Source: an uncultured Gemmatimonadota bacterium
Lineage (GTDB): Bacteria > Gemmatimonadota > Gemmatimonadetes > Gemmatimonadales > GWC2-71-9
Direction: 5' to 3'
Assembly (NCBI GenBank): GCA_937871775.1
Contig: CALMOP010000182.1
Location: forward strand, 1-38,518
Length of the DNA stretch: 38,518 nucleotides
Position numbers and translations under genes: made by a program. This document shows positions 24,461 to 33,106 of the stretch, in pieces; positions within the stretch are counted from its first letter, which is position 1; each line of letters starts with the position of its first letter. Under the pieces are notes generated by a model that searched no databases, was not told where the DNA came from, and was given only the letters and a program-made list of their open reading frames with translations.

Positions 24461-25893
24461 GGAGTGGCCACCGCGCCGGCCAGCGCAGTCATCAGCGCCA
24501 AGCCCTTGTCGAGTGTCTCCTGGTATTCGCTCTCCGGATCCGAGTCGGCCACGATGCCGCCACCGACCGAAAAAGTGACCCGGCCGCCGGCCGCGACCAG
24601 GGTCCGGATCACGATACTGGTATCCATCGCGCCGGTCAGGCTCAGGTAGCCGATCGCACCGCAGTAGACCCCGCGGCGGGTCGGTTCCAGTTCGGCGATG
24701 ATCTCCATGGCCCGGACCTTGGGGGCGCCGGTGATCGACCCGCCGGGAAAGGCTGCCGCCAGCAGGCTGGTGGCATCGGCCCCGGGGGCGAGCTGTCCTT
24801 CGACGGTGGAAACCAGGTGATGCACCGTGCGATGCTGCTCCAGCCGAAACAGCTCCGGAACTCGCACGCTCCCCGGCCGGCAGACCCGCGACAGGTCGTT
24901 CCGCAGCAGATCCACGATCATGAGATTCTCGGCCCGATCCTTCTCGCTCTCCAGCAGGGCCCGGGCCAGTGCCGCGTCATGCTGGGGCGAGAGGCCCCGC
25001 GGCCGGGTGCCCTTGATCGGTCGGGTCGCGACCGTTCCCCCGGGATCCAGCTGCAGGAACCGTTCAGGTGACGCGCTCGCCACCGCCACGTCCTCGAATT
25101 CCAGGTAGGCCGCGAAGCTGGCGGGATTCACGGTGCGCAGCCGGCGGTACAGGTGCCAGGGGTCCTCTTCCAGCGGCGCCTCCAGCCGCTGGGAGAGATT
25201 GGCCTGGAAGATGTCGCCGGCGACGATGTAGTCCCGCACCCGGGTGACCGCATCCAGGTAGCCGCGATGGGTGAACGTGCTGCGGAGCCCGATGCCCAGC
25301 CCGCGGTCGGTACCGGCCAGCGGAAAGGACGGTGCCGTGGCGCTCCGGCGGACGCTCGGGAAGTGGCGTCCCGCGGCGCCGCCGGTGGGGCCCGCGAGCA
25401 GGCGCTTGACCCATGCCAGTCGCTCCGCGGCCCGGCCGGCGCGAGCACCACCGGACTCCGGGATCCCGGTGGAGATCAGCCAGCAGCGCCCGCGCTGGTG
25501 ATCCCAGGCGAGGACCCAGTCGTACAATCCCAGGACCGCATCCGGCAGCGCCAGGTCGTCGTAGCGCGGTGCCGGCAGCCGCTCCAATATCGCGCCGTAG
25601 TCATAGGCAAGGTACCCGGCGAGGCCACCCTGGAACGGGGGCAGGTCGGGAATGGGGGCGGTGGGGAACCGGGCGAGCAGGGTCCGGGCCTGATCGAGCG
25701 CGGTCGGAGTCCCGCGGCCCCGGGTCCGGATCACCGCCGCAGGCGCGGCCGAGATAAAGGAGTAGCGGCCCAGTCGGGTCGGATCCTGGGCGCTATCCAG
25801 AAAGAGGAGGTGCGGCTGGCCCAGCAGTCGGGCGGTGGTCTCGACCGGATCCGGTCCGGGAATCAGTTCCTCGACCAGCGGCAACGCGCTCAC
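24457..25893 (-). CDS. pabB: Aminodeoxychorismate synthase component I
   Basis: Chorismate-binding domain with GGSITGAPKVRAMEII and RGVYCGAIGY. It has PIKGT (Lys as in PabB) rather than the PIAGT of TrpE. The GTG start overlaps the upstream stop as GTGA. Confidence 0.8.
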   Translation of the reverse strand: MSALPLVEELIPGPDPVETTARLLGQPHLLFLDSAQDPTRLGRYSFISAAPAAVIRTRGRGTPTALDQARTLLARFPTAPIPDLPPFQGGLAGYLAYDYGAILERLPAPRYDDLALPDAVLGLYDWVLAWDHQRGRCWLISTGIPESGGARAGRAAERLAWVKRLLAGPTGGAAGRHFPSVRRSATAPSFPLAGTDRGLGIGLRSTFTHRGYLDAVTRVRDYIVAGDIFQANLSQRLEAPLEEDPWHLYRRLRTVNPASFAAYLEFEDVAVASASPERFLQLDPGGTVATRPIKGTRPRGLSPQHDAALARALLESEKDRAENLMIVDLLRNDLSRVCRPGSVRVPELFRLEQHRTVHHLVSTVEGQLAPGADATSLLAAAFPGGSITGAPKVRAMEIIAELEPTRRGVYCGAIGYLSLTGAMDTSIVIRTLVAAGGRVTFSVGGGIVADSDPESEYQETLDKGLALMTALAGAVATP

Positions 25894-27356
25894 CGGGGGC
25901 GCTTTCCCGGTGGCTTCGAGGTTGGGCGTAGCCGGGTCGCTGCCGTCGGCGTCGGCGCGACTGGCCGGCGGGGGCCGGGCTTGAAATGCTCGCGGCGGGG
26001 ATCGTCCGGCGGCGTGAGGTATCCCCAGTCGAGCTGTCCCTCCTGGCGGTAGGACTTGCCGAGGTCCAGTGCCAGGCGGGCGCGGGCCAGTTCCTTGCCG
26101 AGGTAGAAGGCGTGGGCAGGGTTTTCGACGCCCAGCTGGTCGAACAGCTGCTGGATGTCGGTCCCGCGGAGGAACTGCCGGTTATTGAATATCGTGATCG
26201 CTTCGGCATCGGCGAAGATCCGGAAATTCGGATCGGTCACCCGCTGGTGCAGATCGAGGAGCTCGGCCTCGGTGTAGCGGAGCAACCGCGCATCCTTGAT
26301 GGTCAACAGCCGGTCGTCCACGTGCTTCGGGAGGGCTCGCTGGCGGACCGCGTAGTACATCAGCCGGCGGGCGATGTCGATCTCCCGTACCGCCCCCCGG
26401 GCCCAGGGAATGACCTCGGTGGTGAGGACCGCCTTGACCCCGGCCTCCTCCGCCACCGCGATCAGCATGGCGTTGACGCCGGTCGAGTCGGCACTGGTCA
26501 ATTCGGTGAGGTTACCGACGCCCATCATCTGGGGCACCCCAGGGTAGCGGCGGCTCACCTCGGCGAAACGTTCCAGGGAGGCGAGGAACCCGAACCCGAT
26601 CGGCTCCAGGATCGGATCGAGGAGATAACTGACCCCCGCTCGTTCCAGCGCCGCGATGGTGGGGTCGAGCGTCTCGAGACTCGCACCGGAGTCCGGGATC
26701 ACCACCGCCCGGGCCCCGCTGCCGGCAAGATCCCGCACCACCTCCCGATTGCTGCCGTTGATGCTCAGGACCCAGGTGGCGCCGGCCGCCACCGCGGTCC
26801 GGATTTCCTCTGGCTCCATCGAATCCACGCTGACCTGGTGGCCCGAGGCCCGCAGCGCACCGACCCGGTCCGCCAGCGCCGGGAAGGCGAGGCCGGGAGT
26901 ACACCCCACATCGATCACATCGGCCCCGGAGGCGCGGTAATAGTCCGCTTGGGAGAGGATGGCCTGCTGGCTCAGCTTGGCAGCGTTGTTGATCTCCGCC
27001 AGGATGGCGATGTCGTGGCCACCGTACTCCGGGGCTCGCGCCGCGGCGCCGAAGTACGCCGGCAGATCGCGCAGGTCCTTGGGGCCCCTGGCCACCGGCA
27101 CCCCGACCTGCTGCTGCAGCAGGTCGGGGTCGCCCTCCACCAGCCCCGGCAGCAGGACCAGGTCGGTTCCGGGGGGGACGGCGAGAAATTTCGCGATCCA
27201 TGCCGGGGTCATCAGGGCCGCCACGGTGATCTTCATGACGGCGATCTCGACCCCGAACGGCGGTTGCATCTCGGCTACTACACGCCGCAAGGCTGGTTCG
27301 GCCAGCTTGCCGGTGACCAACAAGACCCGGCTCGGCGGCCGCCGGGCCGGGGTCAC
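25890..27356 (-). CDS. Dihydropteroate-synthase-like pterin-binding protein of H4MPT biosynthesis, with extra N- and C-terminal domains
   Basis: Central pterin-binding barrel (GADVIDVGCTPG, ...NLTELTSADSTGVNA). GTG 27356 was chosen because it forms a GTGA overlap with the PCD stop. The listed ATG 27506 adds a Gly/Arg-rich extension out of frame over PCD. Confidence 0.75.
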   Translation of the reverse strand: MTPARRPPSRVLLVTGKLAEPALRRVVAEMQPPFGVEIAVMKITVAALMTPAWIAKFLAVPPGTDLVLLPGLVEGDPDLLQQQVGVPVARGPKDLRDLPAYFGAAARAPEYGGHDIAILAEINNAAKLSQQAILSQADYYRASGADVIDVGCTPGLAFPALADRVGALRASGHQVSVDSMEPEEIRTAVAAGATWVLSINGSNREVVRDLAGSGARAVVIPDSGASLETLDPTIAALERAGVSYLLDPILEPIGFGFLASLERFAEVSRRYPGVPQMMGVGNLTELTSADSTGVNAMLIAVAEEAGVKAVLTTEVIPWARGAVREIDIARRLMYYAVRQRALPKHVDDRLLTIKDARLLRYTEAELLDLHQRVTDPNFRIFADAEAITIFNNRQFLRGTDIQQLFDQLGVENPAHAFYLGKELARARLALDLGKSYRQEGQLDWGYLTPPDDPRREHFKPGPRRPVAPTPTAATRLRPTSKPPGKRPR

Positions 27357-27712
27357 TTCGGATCGCCTCCGCGGACCCACTTGTTGGGCGTGCCTTCCAG
27401 CGCGCCCCCGGTCGGCTTCCACAGCACCGTGTCCTCGATCTTCCGGGCCAGCTCCCAGTCCTTGTCGGTGATGCCCCCCGCGGAGTGGGTCTGGAGCTTT
27501 ACCCACACCTTGGCCCAGGTCACGGTGAGATCGGGGTGGTGGTAGCCGGCTTCCGCGAGGAATCCGATGGTGTTCACCAGCGCCAGGGTGGTGAGCCAGC
27601 CATCAGTCTTGAACTGACGCCGGATCCAGCCGTCCTCATAGTACCAGCCAGGCATCGCACTCAGTCGCTGGGCGATCTCGGCGTCGGTGTAGGTAGGTTC
27701 CTTGACGGTCAT
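27353..27712 (-). CDS. Pterin-4a-carbinolamine dehydratase (PCD/PhhB) family protein
   Basis: EAGYHHPDLTVTW...LQTHSAGGITDKD matches the PCD signature. AAGGAG lies 8 nt before ATG 27712. Confidence 0.8.
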   Translation of the reverse strand: MTVKEPTYTDAEIAQRLSAMPGWYYEDGWIRRQFKTDGWLTTLALVNTIGFLAEAGYHHPDLTVTWAKVWVKLQTHSAGGITDKDWELARKIEDTVLWKPTGGALEGTPNKWVRGGDPK

Positions 27713-27791
27713 GGCGGGGACTCCTTCAATGAACGGGAGGGAGGGGAGGCGCGCCGCGGCGGGGCCTTGGAGCTGGTCGAGGGCGGCGGGG

Positions 27792-28595
27792 TTACATGAC
27801 ATCCCCGCCGTTGATCATGATCATCTGGCCGGTCATGTACCGGGCGGCGTCCGAGGCCAGGTAGATGGCCGCCGAGGCCACGTCATCCGGCGTGCCCCAG
27901 CGTCCCAGCGGAATCTGTCGGGTCACCGCGTCCCGGAAGCTGACGGGGGCCTCCTGCCCGAACGCGGTCTCGATCCAGCCGGGGCCCAGGATGTTGACCC
28001 GTATCGCGGGCGCGAGCGACCGGGCCAGGGCCCGGCTGTAGCTCAGCACTCCACCCTTGATCGCGGCGAACAGCTCCGGATTCTCGCCGCCCATGCCCTG
28101 CAGGACCCGGTCCCACGACATGTTGATGATGACCCCGCCGGTGGGCTGGTCCCGCATCAGGTCTGCCGCGGCCCAGGAAGCCATCATGGTCCCGATCAGG
28201 TCGACGCGCAGCAGGAGCTCCAGCTTCTCGTCGCGCGGCAGACTGGCCCCGTGCCCGGTCAGCACATCGGCCCCGGCGTTGTTGATCCAGGCGTCCACCC
28301 TGCCGAGGGACTTGCGGATCGTCCCGAGCAGGGTGGCCAGGTCGGCCTGGGAGCTGATGTCCACCTGGGCCACGAAGGCCTTGGCGCCGGTCGCCTCCGC
28401 CTCGCGGGCGGTGAAGGCCGCGCCCGTCGCATTGGCCCGATAGGTCAGCAGCACGTCGGCGCCGGCCCGGGCCGCCGCCAGGGTGATGGCCCGGCCGATG
28501 CCGCTGGACCCTCCGGTTACCACCACGTGCTTTCCCTGCAGGGTAATCGTGGGGGGCGGGGCGTCGTTGTCCTGGCTCATGATCCGGCATAACAT
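27792..28595 (-). CDS. Short-chain dehydrogenase/reductase with atypical active site (Phe replaces the catalytic Tyr)
   Basis: TGGSSGIG cofactor motif, NNAG, and Ser160. LFAAIK stands where classical SDRs have YxxxK; Phe176 is codon 28068-28070 and Lys180 is retained. An alternative ATG lies at 28580. Confidence 0.8.
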   Translation of the reverse strand: MLCRIMSQDNDAPPPTITLQGKHVVVTGGSSGIGRAITLAAARAGADVLLTYRANATGAAFTAREAEATGAKAFVAQVDISSQADLATLLGTIRKSLGRVDAWINNAGADVLTGHGASLPRDEKLELLLRVDLIGTMMASWAAADLMRDQPTGGVIINMSWDRVLQGMGGENPELFAAIKGGVLSYSRALARSLAPAIRVNILGPGWIETAFGQEAPVSFRDAVTRQIPLGRWGTPDDVASAAIYLASDAARYMTGQMIMINGGDVM

Positions 28596-28630
28596 ACCGG
28601 ACCCGGGCCCCCGTTCAAGGGAGAAGGCGC

Positions 28631-29344
28631 GTGCGACTGCTGGTCAGTGTGCGGAGCGCGGACGAAGTCGAGCCGGCGTGGCAGGGTGGGGCGGATATCG
28701 TGGACGCCAAGGAATCCGGGACCGGGTCGCTGGACCCGGTGTCTCCCGAGGTGCTGCGGGCGATCCGGGCCCGGCTGCCACTGGACCGGCTGCTGAGCGT
28801 CGCGCTGGGCGACCTGAGCGATCGGGATCAGGTGGACCGTCGGCTGGGAGAGCTCACCGTGCCGGTCGACTTCCTGAAACCCGGCTTCGGTGGCGCCGGC
28901 ACCGCTCGCGCCGCCGAGCTGCTGGAACGGGTGGTCGAGCGGGCCACCGGAGTGCCCGGGAGTCCCGCTGTGGTCGCGGCCGGGTACGTCGATTTCAGCG
29001 CGGCCGCGGCGCCCTCCCCCGCCACGATGGTGGAGCTGGCGTGCGGCTGCGGCGCGGTCGGCCTGCTGCTCGACACCTTCCAGAAGGACTCCGGCAACCT
29101 GTTCGCCTATATCACCGACGAGGAACTGTCGGTGCTCTCCCGCCGGCTGAGCGCGGCCGGGCGTTTCCTGGCGCTGGGCGGCGGGTTGGGACCGCGGGAG
29201 GTGGAGCGGGTGCGGGACACCGGGGCGGCCATCCTGGGCGTTCGCGGCGCGGCCTGCGAGGGCGGTCGGGGGGGTGTCCTGGCGGCCGCGCGGGTCCGCG
29301 ACCTGGCGAATCGGGTCTTCGCGATGCCTGTCGCGCGCGGCTGA
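28631..29344 (+). CDS. mfnB: DUF556 / MfnB-like (5-formylfuran-3-yl)methyl phosphate synthase
   Basis: (GTG)RLLVSVRSADEVEPAWQGGADIVDAKESGTGSL N-terminus typical of the family. A GGGAGAAGG RBS lies upstream. Confidence 0.7.
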   Translation: MRLLVSVRSADEVEPAWQGGADIVDAKESGTGSLDPVSPEVLRAIRARLPLDRLLSVALGDLSDRDQVDRRLGELTVPVDFLKPGFGGAGTARAAELLERVVERATGVPGSPAVVAAGYVDFSAAAAPSPATMVELACGCGAVGLLLDTFQKDSGNLFAYITDEELSVLSRRLSAAGRFLALGGGLGPREVERVRDTGAAILGVRGAACEGGRGGVLAAARVRDLANRVFAMPVARG

Positions 29345-29357
29345 CCAGCGCTCAGGG

Positions 29358-29921
29358 TCAGGATGCCGTCAGTCGATCGAAGAGTCCGTCGCCCGCTGCC
29401 TCCACCACCCGCCACCGCAGGCCCCGGGGCAGGGCCCGGGTGAAGTAGCGGTCCACCAGGTCCAGTCCGCCCGAGACCGGCTTGAGCAGCACCAGCTCGG
29501 TTGCTCCGAGCAGGGTGGCCAGGTACGCCGCCAGGCTGTCACTGGTGACCTCCCAGGAGTGGGGCAGTTCGTCGGCCGCCCGCAGCCATCGAAACGGTGC
29601 CAGGACCGGCACCAGGCCGGCGGCGTGGGCCTCCAGCACCGCGGGCCGGTCTTCCACCACCGTGGCGCGCGGGATCCGGTCCGCCAGCGCGAAGGCGTAC
29701 TGATCCATGGCCAGGATGGCCATCCAGTGGGCGGCGCTGGATGAGAGTCGATGCTCCCGATCGAAAGCCCGCACCCGCTCCGCGAAGGGCCCCCCTCCCG
29801 GCACCACCACCATGGGCCGGGTGGCCGCGGCGCGGGCGAGTGCGTGGCCCACCGATTCGAGTCCGGCCGCTGGCCCCAGCAGGCCACCGCCCACCTTGAC
29901 GACCACCAGGCCCGGCGTCAT
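29358..29921 (-). CDS. Amino-acid-kinase-fold protein of the H4MPT/methylofuran island (MfnE-like)
   Basis: MTPGLVVVKVGGGLLG...VVVPGGGPFA motifs. Only the last 187 codons of listed ORF 29358..30740 are credible, because the rest is antisense to the next gene. Confidence 0.7.
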   Translation of the reverse strand: MTPGLVVVKVGGGLLGPAAGLESVGHALARAAATRPMVVVPGGGPFAERVRAFDREHRLSSSAAHWMAILAMDQYAFALADRIPRATVVEDRPAVLEAHAAGLVPVLAPFRWLRAADELPHSWEVTSDSLAAYLATLLGATELVLLKPVSGGLDLVDRYFTRALPRGLRWRVVEAAGDGLFDRLTAS

Positions 29922-29930
29922 GGCCGAACC

Positions 29931-29944
29931 GGCGACCGGTCGCC
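29931..29944. promoter_or_regulatory. Perfect 14-bp palindrome GGCGACCGGTCGCC in a divergent promoter gap
   Basis: It lies in the 63-nt spacer between the starts at 29921 (-) and 29985 (+). Confidence 0.4.
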
Positions 29945-29984
29945 CGCCACTCGATCCGGGTTTACCTTGTGCGTCGGTATACCG

Positions 29985-30755
29985 ATGGAACTCATACCCG
30001 TCCTCGACCTTCTCCGCGGCCAGGCAGTCCACGCCCGCCGGGGTGCGCGGCTGCGTTACCAGCCGGTGCAATCCGTTCTGCTGCCCGGCAGCGCGGGGGA
30101 CGCCATCGCCCTGGCGCGGGCCTATCACACGATGCTGGGCGCCTGGCGCTGCTACATCGCCGACCTGGACGCCATTGAAGGCTGGGCTCCGCAGACCAAG
30201 CTGATCGAGGCCCTGGCGGAACCGGAGCACGCCTTCGGACCCGGACTGATCGTGGACGGCGGCCTCACCACGGCCCGGGCGGCCTCGGTGCTGCTCGAGG
30301 CGGGTGCGGGGTCGGTGTCGGTGGGACTGGAGACGCTGCGCGGCTTCAAGGACCTCCGCAAGATCGTGGAGGCGGTCGGGGGCGAGCGGGTCATCTTCAG
30401 TCTCGACCTGATGAACGGCCGGCCCATCCAGCGCCGGACCGGGCGGGTGGCCAGCGAGGAAGCCGTGGTGATCGAACTCGCCGCCCGGGCGGCGGATGCC
30501 GGGGTGTCGGCGGTTCTGGTGCTGGACCTCGCGGTAGTCGGCTCCTCGGCCGGGCCCCGCCACCTGGACCTCATCGACGGGCTCAAGCGGCTGCTCGGGC
30601 TGCCGGTGTATTCCGGAGGCGGGGTCCGTTTCCAGGCCGATCTCAGGCTGCTGGAAGAGGCGGGCTGTGACGCCGCTCTGGTCGGGACTGCGATTCACAG
30701 CGGCGCGATCGGCCCCGGTGGTGCCGACACCGGGGAACACATCGTGGTCGAGTAG
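29985..30755 (+). CDS. HisA/HisF-like (beta/alpha)8 barrel protein of the H4MPT island
   Basis: MELIPVLDLLRGQAVHARRG... and ...GGGVRFQADLRLLEEAGCDAALVGTAIH. ATG 29985 sits within listed ORF 29751..30755. Confidence 0.75.
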   Translation: MELIPVLDLLRGQAVHARRGARLRYQPVQSVLLPGSAGDAIALARAYHTMLGAWRCYIADLDAIEGWAPQTKLIEALAEPEHAFGPGLIVDGGLTTARAASVLLEAGAGSVSVGLETLRGFKDLRKIVEAVGGERVIFSLDLMNGRPIQRRTGRVASEEAVVIELAARAADAGVSAVLVLDLAVVGSSAGPRHLDLIDGLKRLLGLPVYSGGGVRFQADLRLLEEAGCDAALVGTAIHSGAIGPGGADTGEHIVVE

Positions 30756-30759
30756 CCGC

Positions 30760-31260
30760 TCAGTCCCCCACGGCCAGGCGGTAGGTGGCCGACTGCCCGA
30801 AGCTTTCCTCCACTTCCATCTCGATCGCCGTCAGGTTCCGGAGTCCGATGGTCAACAGCTCATCGCGGGTGCGATGAGCGAAATACTGGGCCAGCATTTC
30901 GGCGGTGGTGTTCTCGATCGGGACCATGGCACAATCGACCACGGGGAAGCTGTAGGTGTGCTCCCCGAAGTAATCCACGTGGCGGTGGCGCCCGCCATCC
31001 CGGAAGCCCAGCTTGGGGTTCTTGAGGGGCAGCAGCACCTTGTGGTCGATTTCATCGACCAGCTTGCGGACCGCTTTCTTCAGGATCGAGAAGTCCACCA
31101 CGAACATGGTCTCGTCGTCGACGCTGCCCTCCACCGTGACGCCGACCCGGTAGTTGTGGCCGTGCAGGGTCTCGCACTGATGGCCCCGGAAGGTGATGAA
31201 GTGGGCCGAGCTGAAGACCAGGTAGTCCTTGCTGACGGTCACCCTGAAGTCACTGCGCAC
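30760..31260 (-). CDS. 6-pyruvoyl-tetrahydropterin synthase (PTPS/QueD) family protein
   Basis: FSSAHFI...CETLHGHNYRVGV...FVVDFSILK motifs. GTG 31260 is preceded by AGGA and overlaps the upstream stop by 11 nt. An alternative GTG lies at 31242. Confidence 0.7.
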   Translation of the reverse strand: MRSDFRVTVSKDYLVFSSAHFITFRGHQCETLHGHNYRVGVTVEGSVDDETMFVVDFSILKKAVRKLVDEIDHKVLLPLKNPKLGFRDGGRHRHVDYFGEHTYSFPVVDCAMVPIENTTAEMLAQYFAHRTRDELLTIGLRNLTAIEMEVEESFGQSATYRLAVGD

Positions 31261-32140
31261 GGCGGGTCCTTGGAGCGGGAAGTGTTTCCTGCAGCAGTTC
31301 CACCAGCACGGCGGCGGCCACCAGGTCGGCAGTCGTCCCGGGATTGCGGGTATTCTGCGCGTCTCTGAGCGCGGCGTCAAACGCGGCGACCGCTTGCCGC
31401 CCCCCGGCGCTGCGCACTCCTCCCGACCGCAGTACTTCCCCGGCCTCCTGGCTCACGGCGGCCGCGGCGTCCAGGCCCAGCTTCCGGGCGATCAGGGTGT
31501 CCGGCTGGTCGGCCAGCAACACCAGGAAAGCTTCCACGATCGCCGCATCCCAGTCGAGGCCGTCCTGCCGGGCCCGTGCCAGCGCGGGCGCTCCCAGGCC
31601 GAAGGTGATCTGGTAGTCGGCCGCGTATTCCGCGGCCACCAGGTCACGGTCGGCGGCCAATCGCATCGCTTCCCGCAGTGACACCTCGGGTTCCCCCGCC
31701 ACATCCTGGGCCTCAGCCCGCCCCAGGCCCCCTGGGTTGGTCTCGCGGATCGCCTGGTACACCTGACGGGCATCCTCAACCGTGGTCTCGCCCAGCACCC
31801 GCGCCAGCGCGTCCCGCAGCGCGCGGGATGATGCGATCGCGGCCGCGCGAGCCAGCGGGGTGAGCAACAGGATGATCCCCAGATTGGTGTTGGCCCTGGT
31901 CCGCCCCCGGGTGGCGCGAACCGCAGCCAGGATGGTTTCTCCGAGCGGCCTGACCCCGGCCTGACCCAGCTCGGGCCCGATGGCTTCAGCGCTGACCCGG
32001 AAGTCCTCGTAGTTCATGTGCCGGAACGGCCCTCCCGGGGCCACATTGCCCGGTTTGGGCGCGCTGACCTCGAGCAGGCAGGCCCGGGTCACGAGTCGGG
32101 CGAGTTCGGTCGGCCTCAGGGCGGTCACGGGGTCTGTCAC
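31250..32140 (-). CDS. Triphosphoribosyl-dephospho-CoA synthase (CitG/MdcB)-like protein of the H4MPT island
   Basis: LLEVSAPKPGNV and NTNLGIILLL motifs. GTG start at 32140. Confidence 0.75.
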   Translation of the reverse strand: MTDPVTALRPTELARLVTRACLLEVSAPKPGNVAPGGPFRHMNYEDFRVSAEAIGPELGQAGVRPLGETILAAVRATRGRTRANTNLGIILLLTPLARAAAIASSRALRDALARVLGETTVEDARQVYQAIRETNPGGLGRAEAQDVAGEPEVSLREAMRLAADRDLVAAEYAADYQITFGLGAPALARARQDGLDWDAAIVEAFLVLLADQPDTLIARKLGLDAAAAVSQEAGEVLRSGGVRSAGGRQAVAAFDAALRDAQNTRNPGTTADLVAAAVLVELLQETLPAPRTRRAQ

Positions 32141-32161
32141 AGGTCCAATGCAGGCGACAAG

Positions 32162-32226
32162 GGAAGCTCAGCGCAAGGTTGCCGGAGGGGCGAGGTCGAG
32201 GGGAACCGGACCTGCGCAGAGCTTCC
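32162..32226 (-). other. Long intercistronic stem-loop
   Basis: GGAAGCTCAGCGC (32162-74) pairs with GCGCAGAGCTTCC (32214-26) at 12 of 13 positions, with further internal pairing. It starts immediately after the ATP-grasp stop. Confidence 0.45.
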
Positions 32227-33090
32227 TTAGGAGGCCAGCAGCTGGTCTACCACCGCACCGGCGACATCGACGGTGGTGGTTGCCTGCAGCCCTTCCCAAC
32301 CGGGAATGCCGTTCACCTCCAGCACCTGCACCGTGCCTTCACGCTCGGGCAGCAGGTCGACTCCGGCGTACTCCGCTCCGACGGCGGCCGCGGCACGGAC
32401 CGCGAGGGCGGCCCATTCGGCGCTCAGCTCGACCGGTTCGACGCTTCCGCCCCGGGAGAAGTTGGTGCGCCAGCCCGGTGCCGACCGCTGCATGGCCCCC
32501 ACCACCCGGCCACCGACCACGAAGACCCGGAGGTCGCGGCCCTCGTGCGGCACGAAGCGCTGGAGATAGTACACGCCGCGTACGGTCTCGAGGACCCGGA
32601 AGACCCGCCAGGCCATGTCTTCATCACTGACCCGGGCCATCCCCAGTCCCATCGAGCCGAACAGCGGCTTCACCACCACGTCCTCCAGACGCCGGAAGGC
32701 CTCGAAGGCCGCGTCCGAGGTCTCGCACACCACGGTCTCCGGGGTCGGCAGCCCCGCCTGCTCCAGCAGCGCCGAGGTCCAGGCCTTGTCCACGGTCCGT
32801 TCGATGGTTCGGGGCGAGTTCATGATCCGGACCCCCTGGCCCTCCAGGCGATGGAGGGTGTCCACCCGGAAGATGATCTGTTCCAACGAGCCGCCGGGGA
32901 TGATCCTGGGGAGGACGGCCCGCACTCGGGAAAGGTCGATGCCGCGGTTACTGACTCCCGACCCGGGCCCGACCCGGTGGACCGTGTCTTCCCAGGGCAG
33001 GAGCAGGGGCTCCAGGCCCCGGGCCCGTACCGCGCGTTCCAGTTCTGTGGTGTGCCAGCCGGTGCTGGAGGCGAGGATGACCACCTGCAT
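32227..33090 (-). CDS. RimK-type ATP-grasp ligase (H4MPT or methylofuran glutamate ligase-like)
   Basis: MQVVILASSTGWHTTELERA..., VVKPLFGSMGLGMARV, and the LEVNGIPGWEGL ATP-grasp C-terminus. ATG 33090 was chosen. Confidence 0.8.
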   Translation of the reverse strand: MQVVILASSTGWHTTELERAVRARGLEPLLLPWEDTVHRVGPGSGVSNRGIDLSRVRAVLPRIIPGGSLEQIIFRVDTLHRLEGQGVRIMNSPRTIERTVDKAWTSALLEQAGLPTPETVVCETSDAAFEAFRRLEDVVVKPLFGSMGLGMARVSDEDMAWRVFRVLETVRGVYYLQRFVPHEGRDLRVFVVGGRVVGAMQRSAPGWRTNFSRGGSVEPVELSAEWAALAVRAAAAVGAEYAGVDLLPEREGTVQVLEVNGIPGWEGLQATTTVDVAGAVVDQLLAS

Positions 33091-33106
33091 GGGGGAGGGG
33101 GAGGCT

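Noticed and set aside
27357-27506. ATG-initiated 50-codon extension of the DHPS-like gene
   Set aside because: It would overlap the PCD coding region by 150 nt. GTG 27356 instead gives the same 4-nt stop/start coupling seen at three other junctions of this operon. The boundary remains uncertain.
29922-30740. Upstream 273 codons of listed ORF 29358..30740
   Set aside because: It is antisense to the HisA/F-like gene. The recognisable amino-acid-kinase fold starts at MTPGLVVVKVGGG (ATG 29921).
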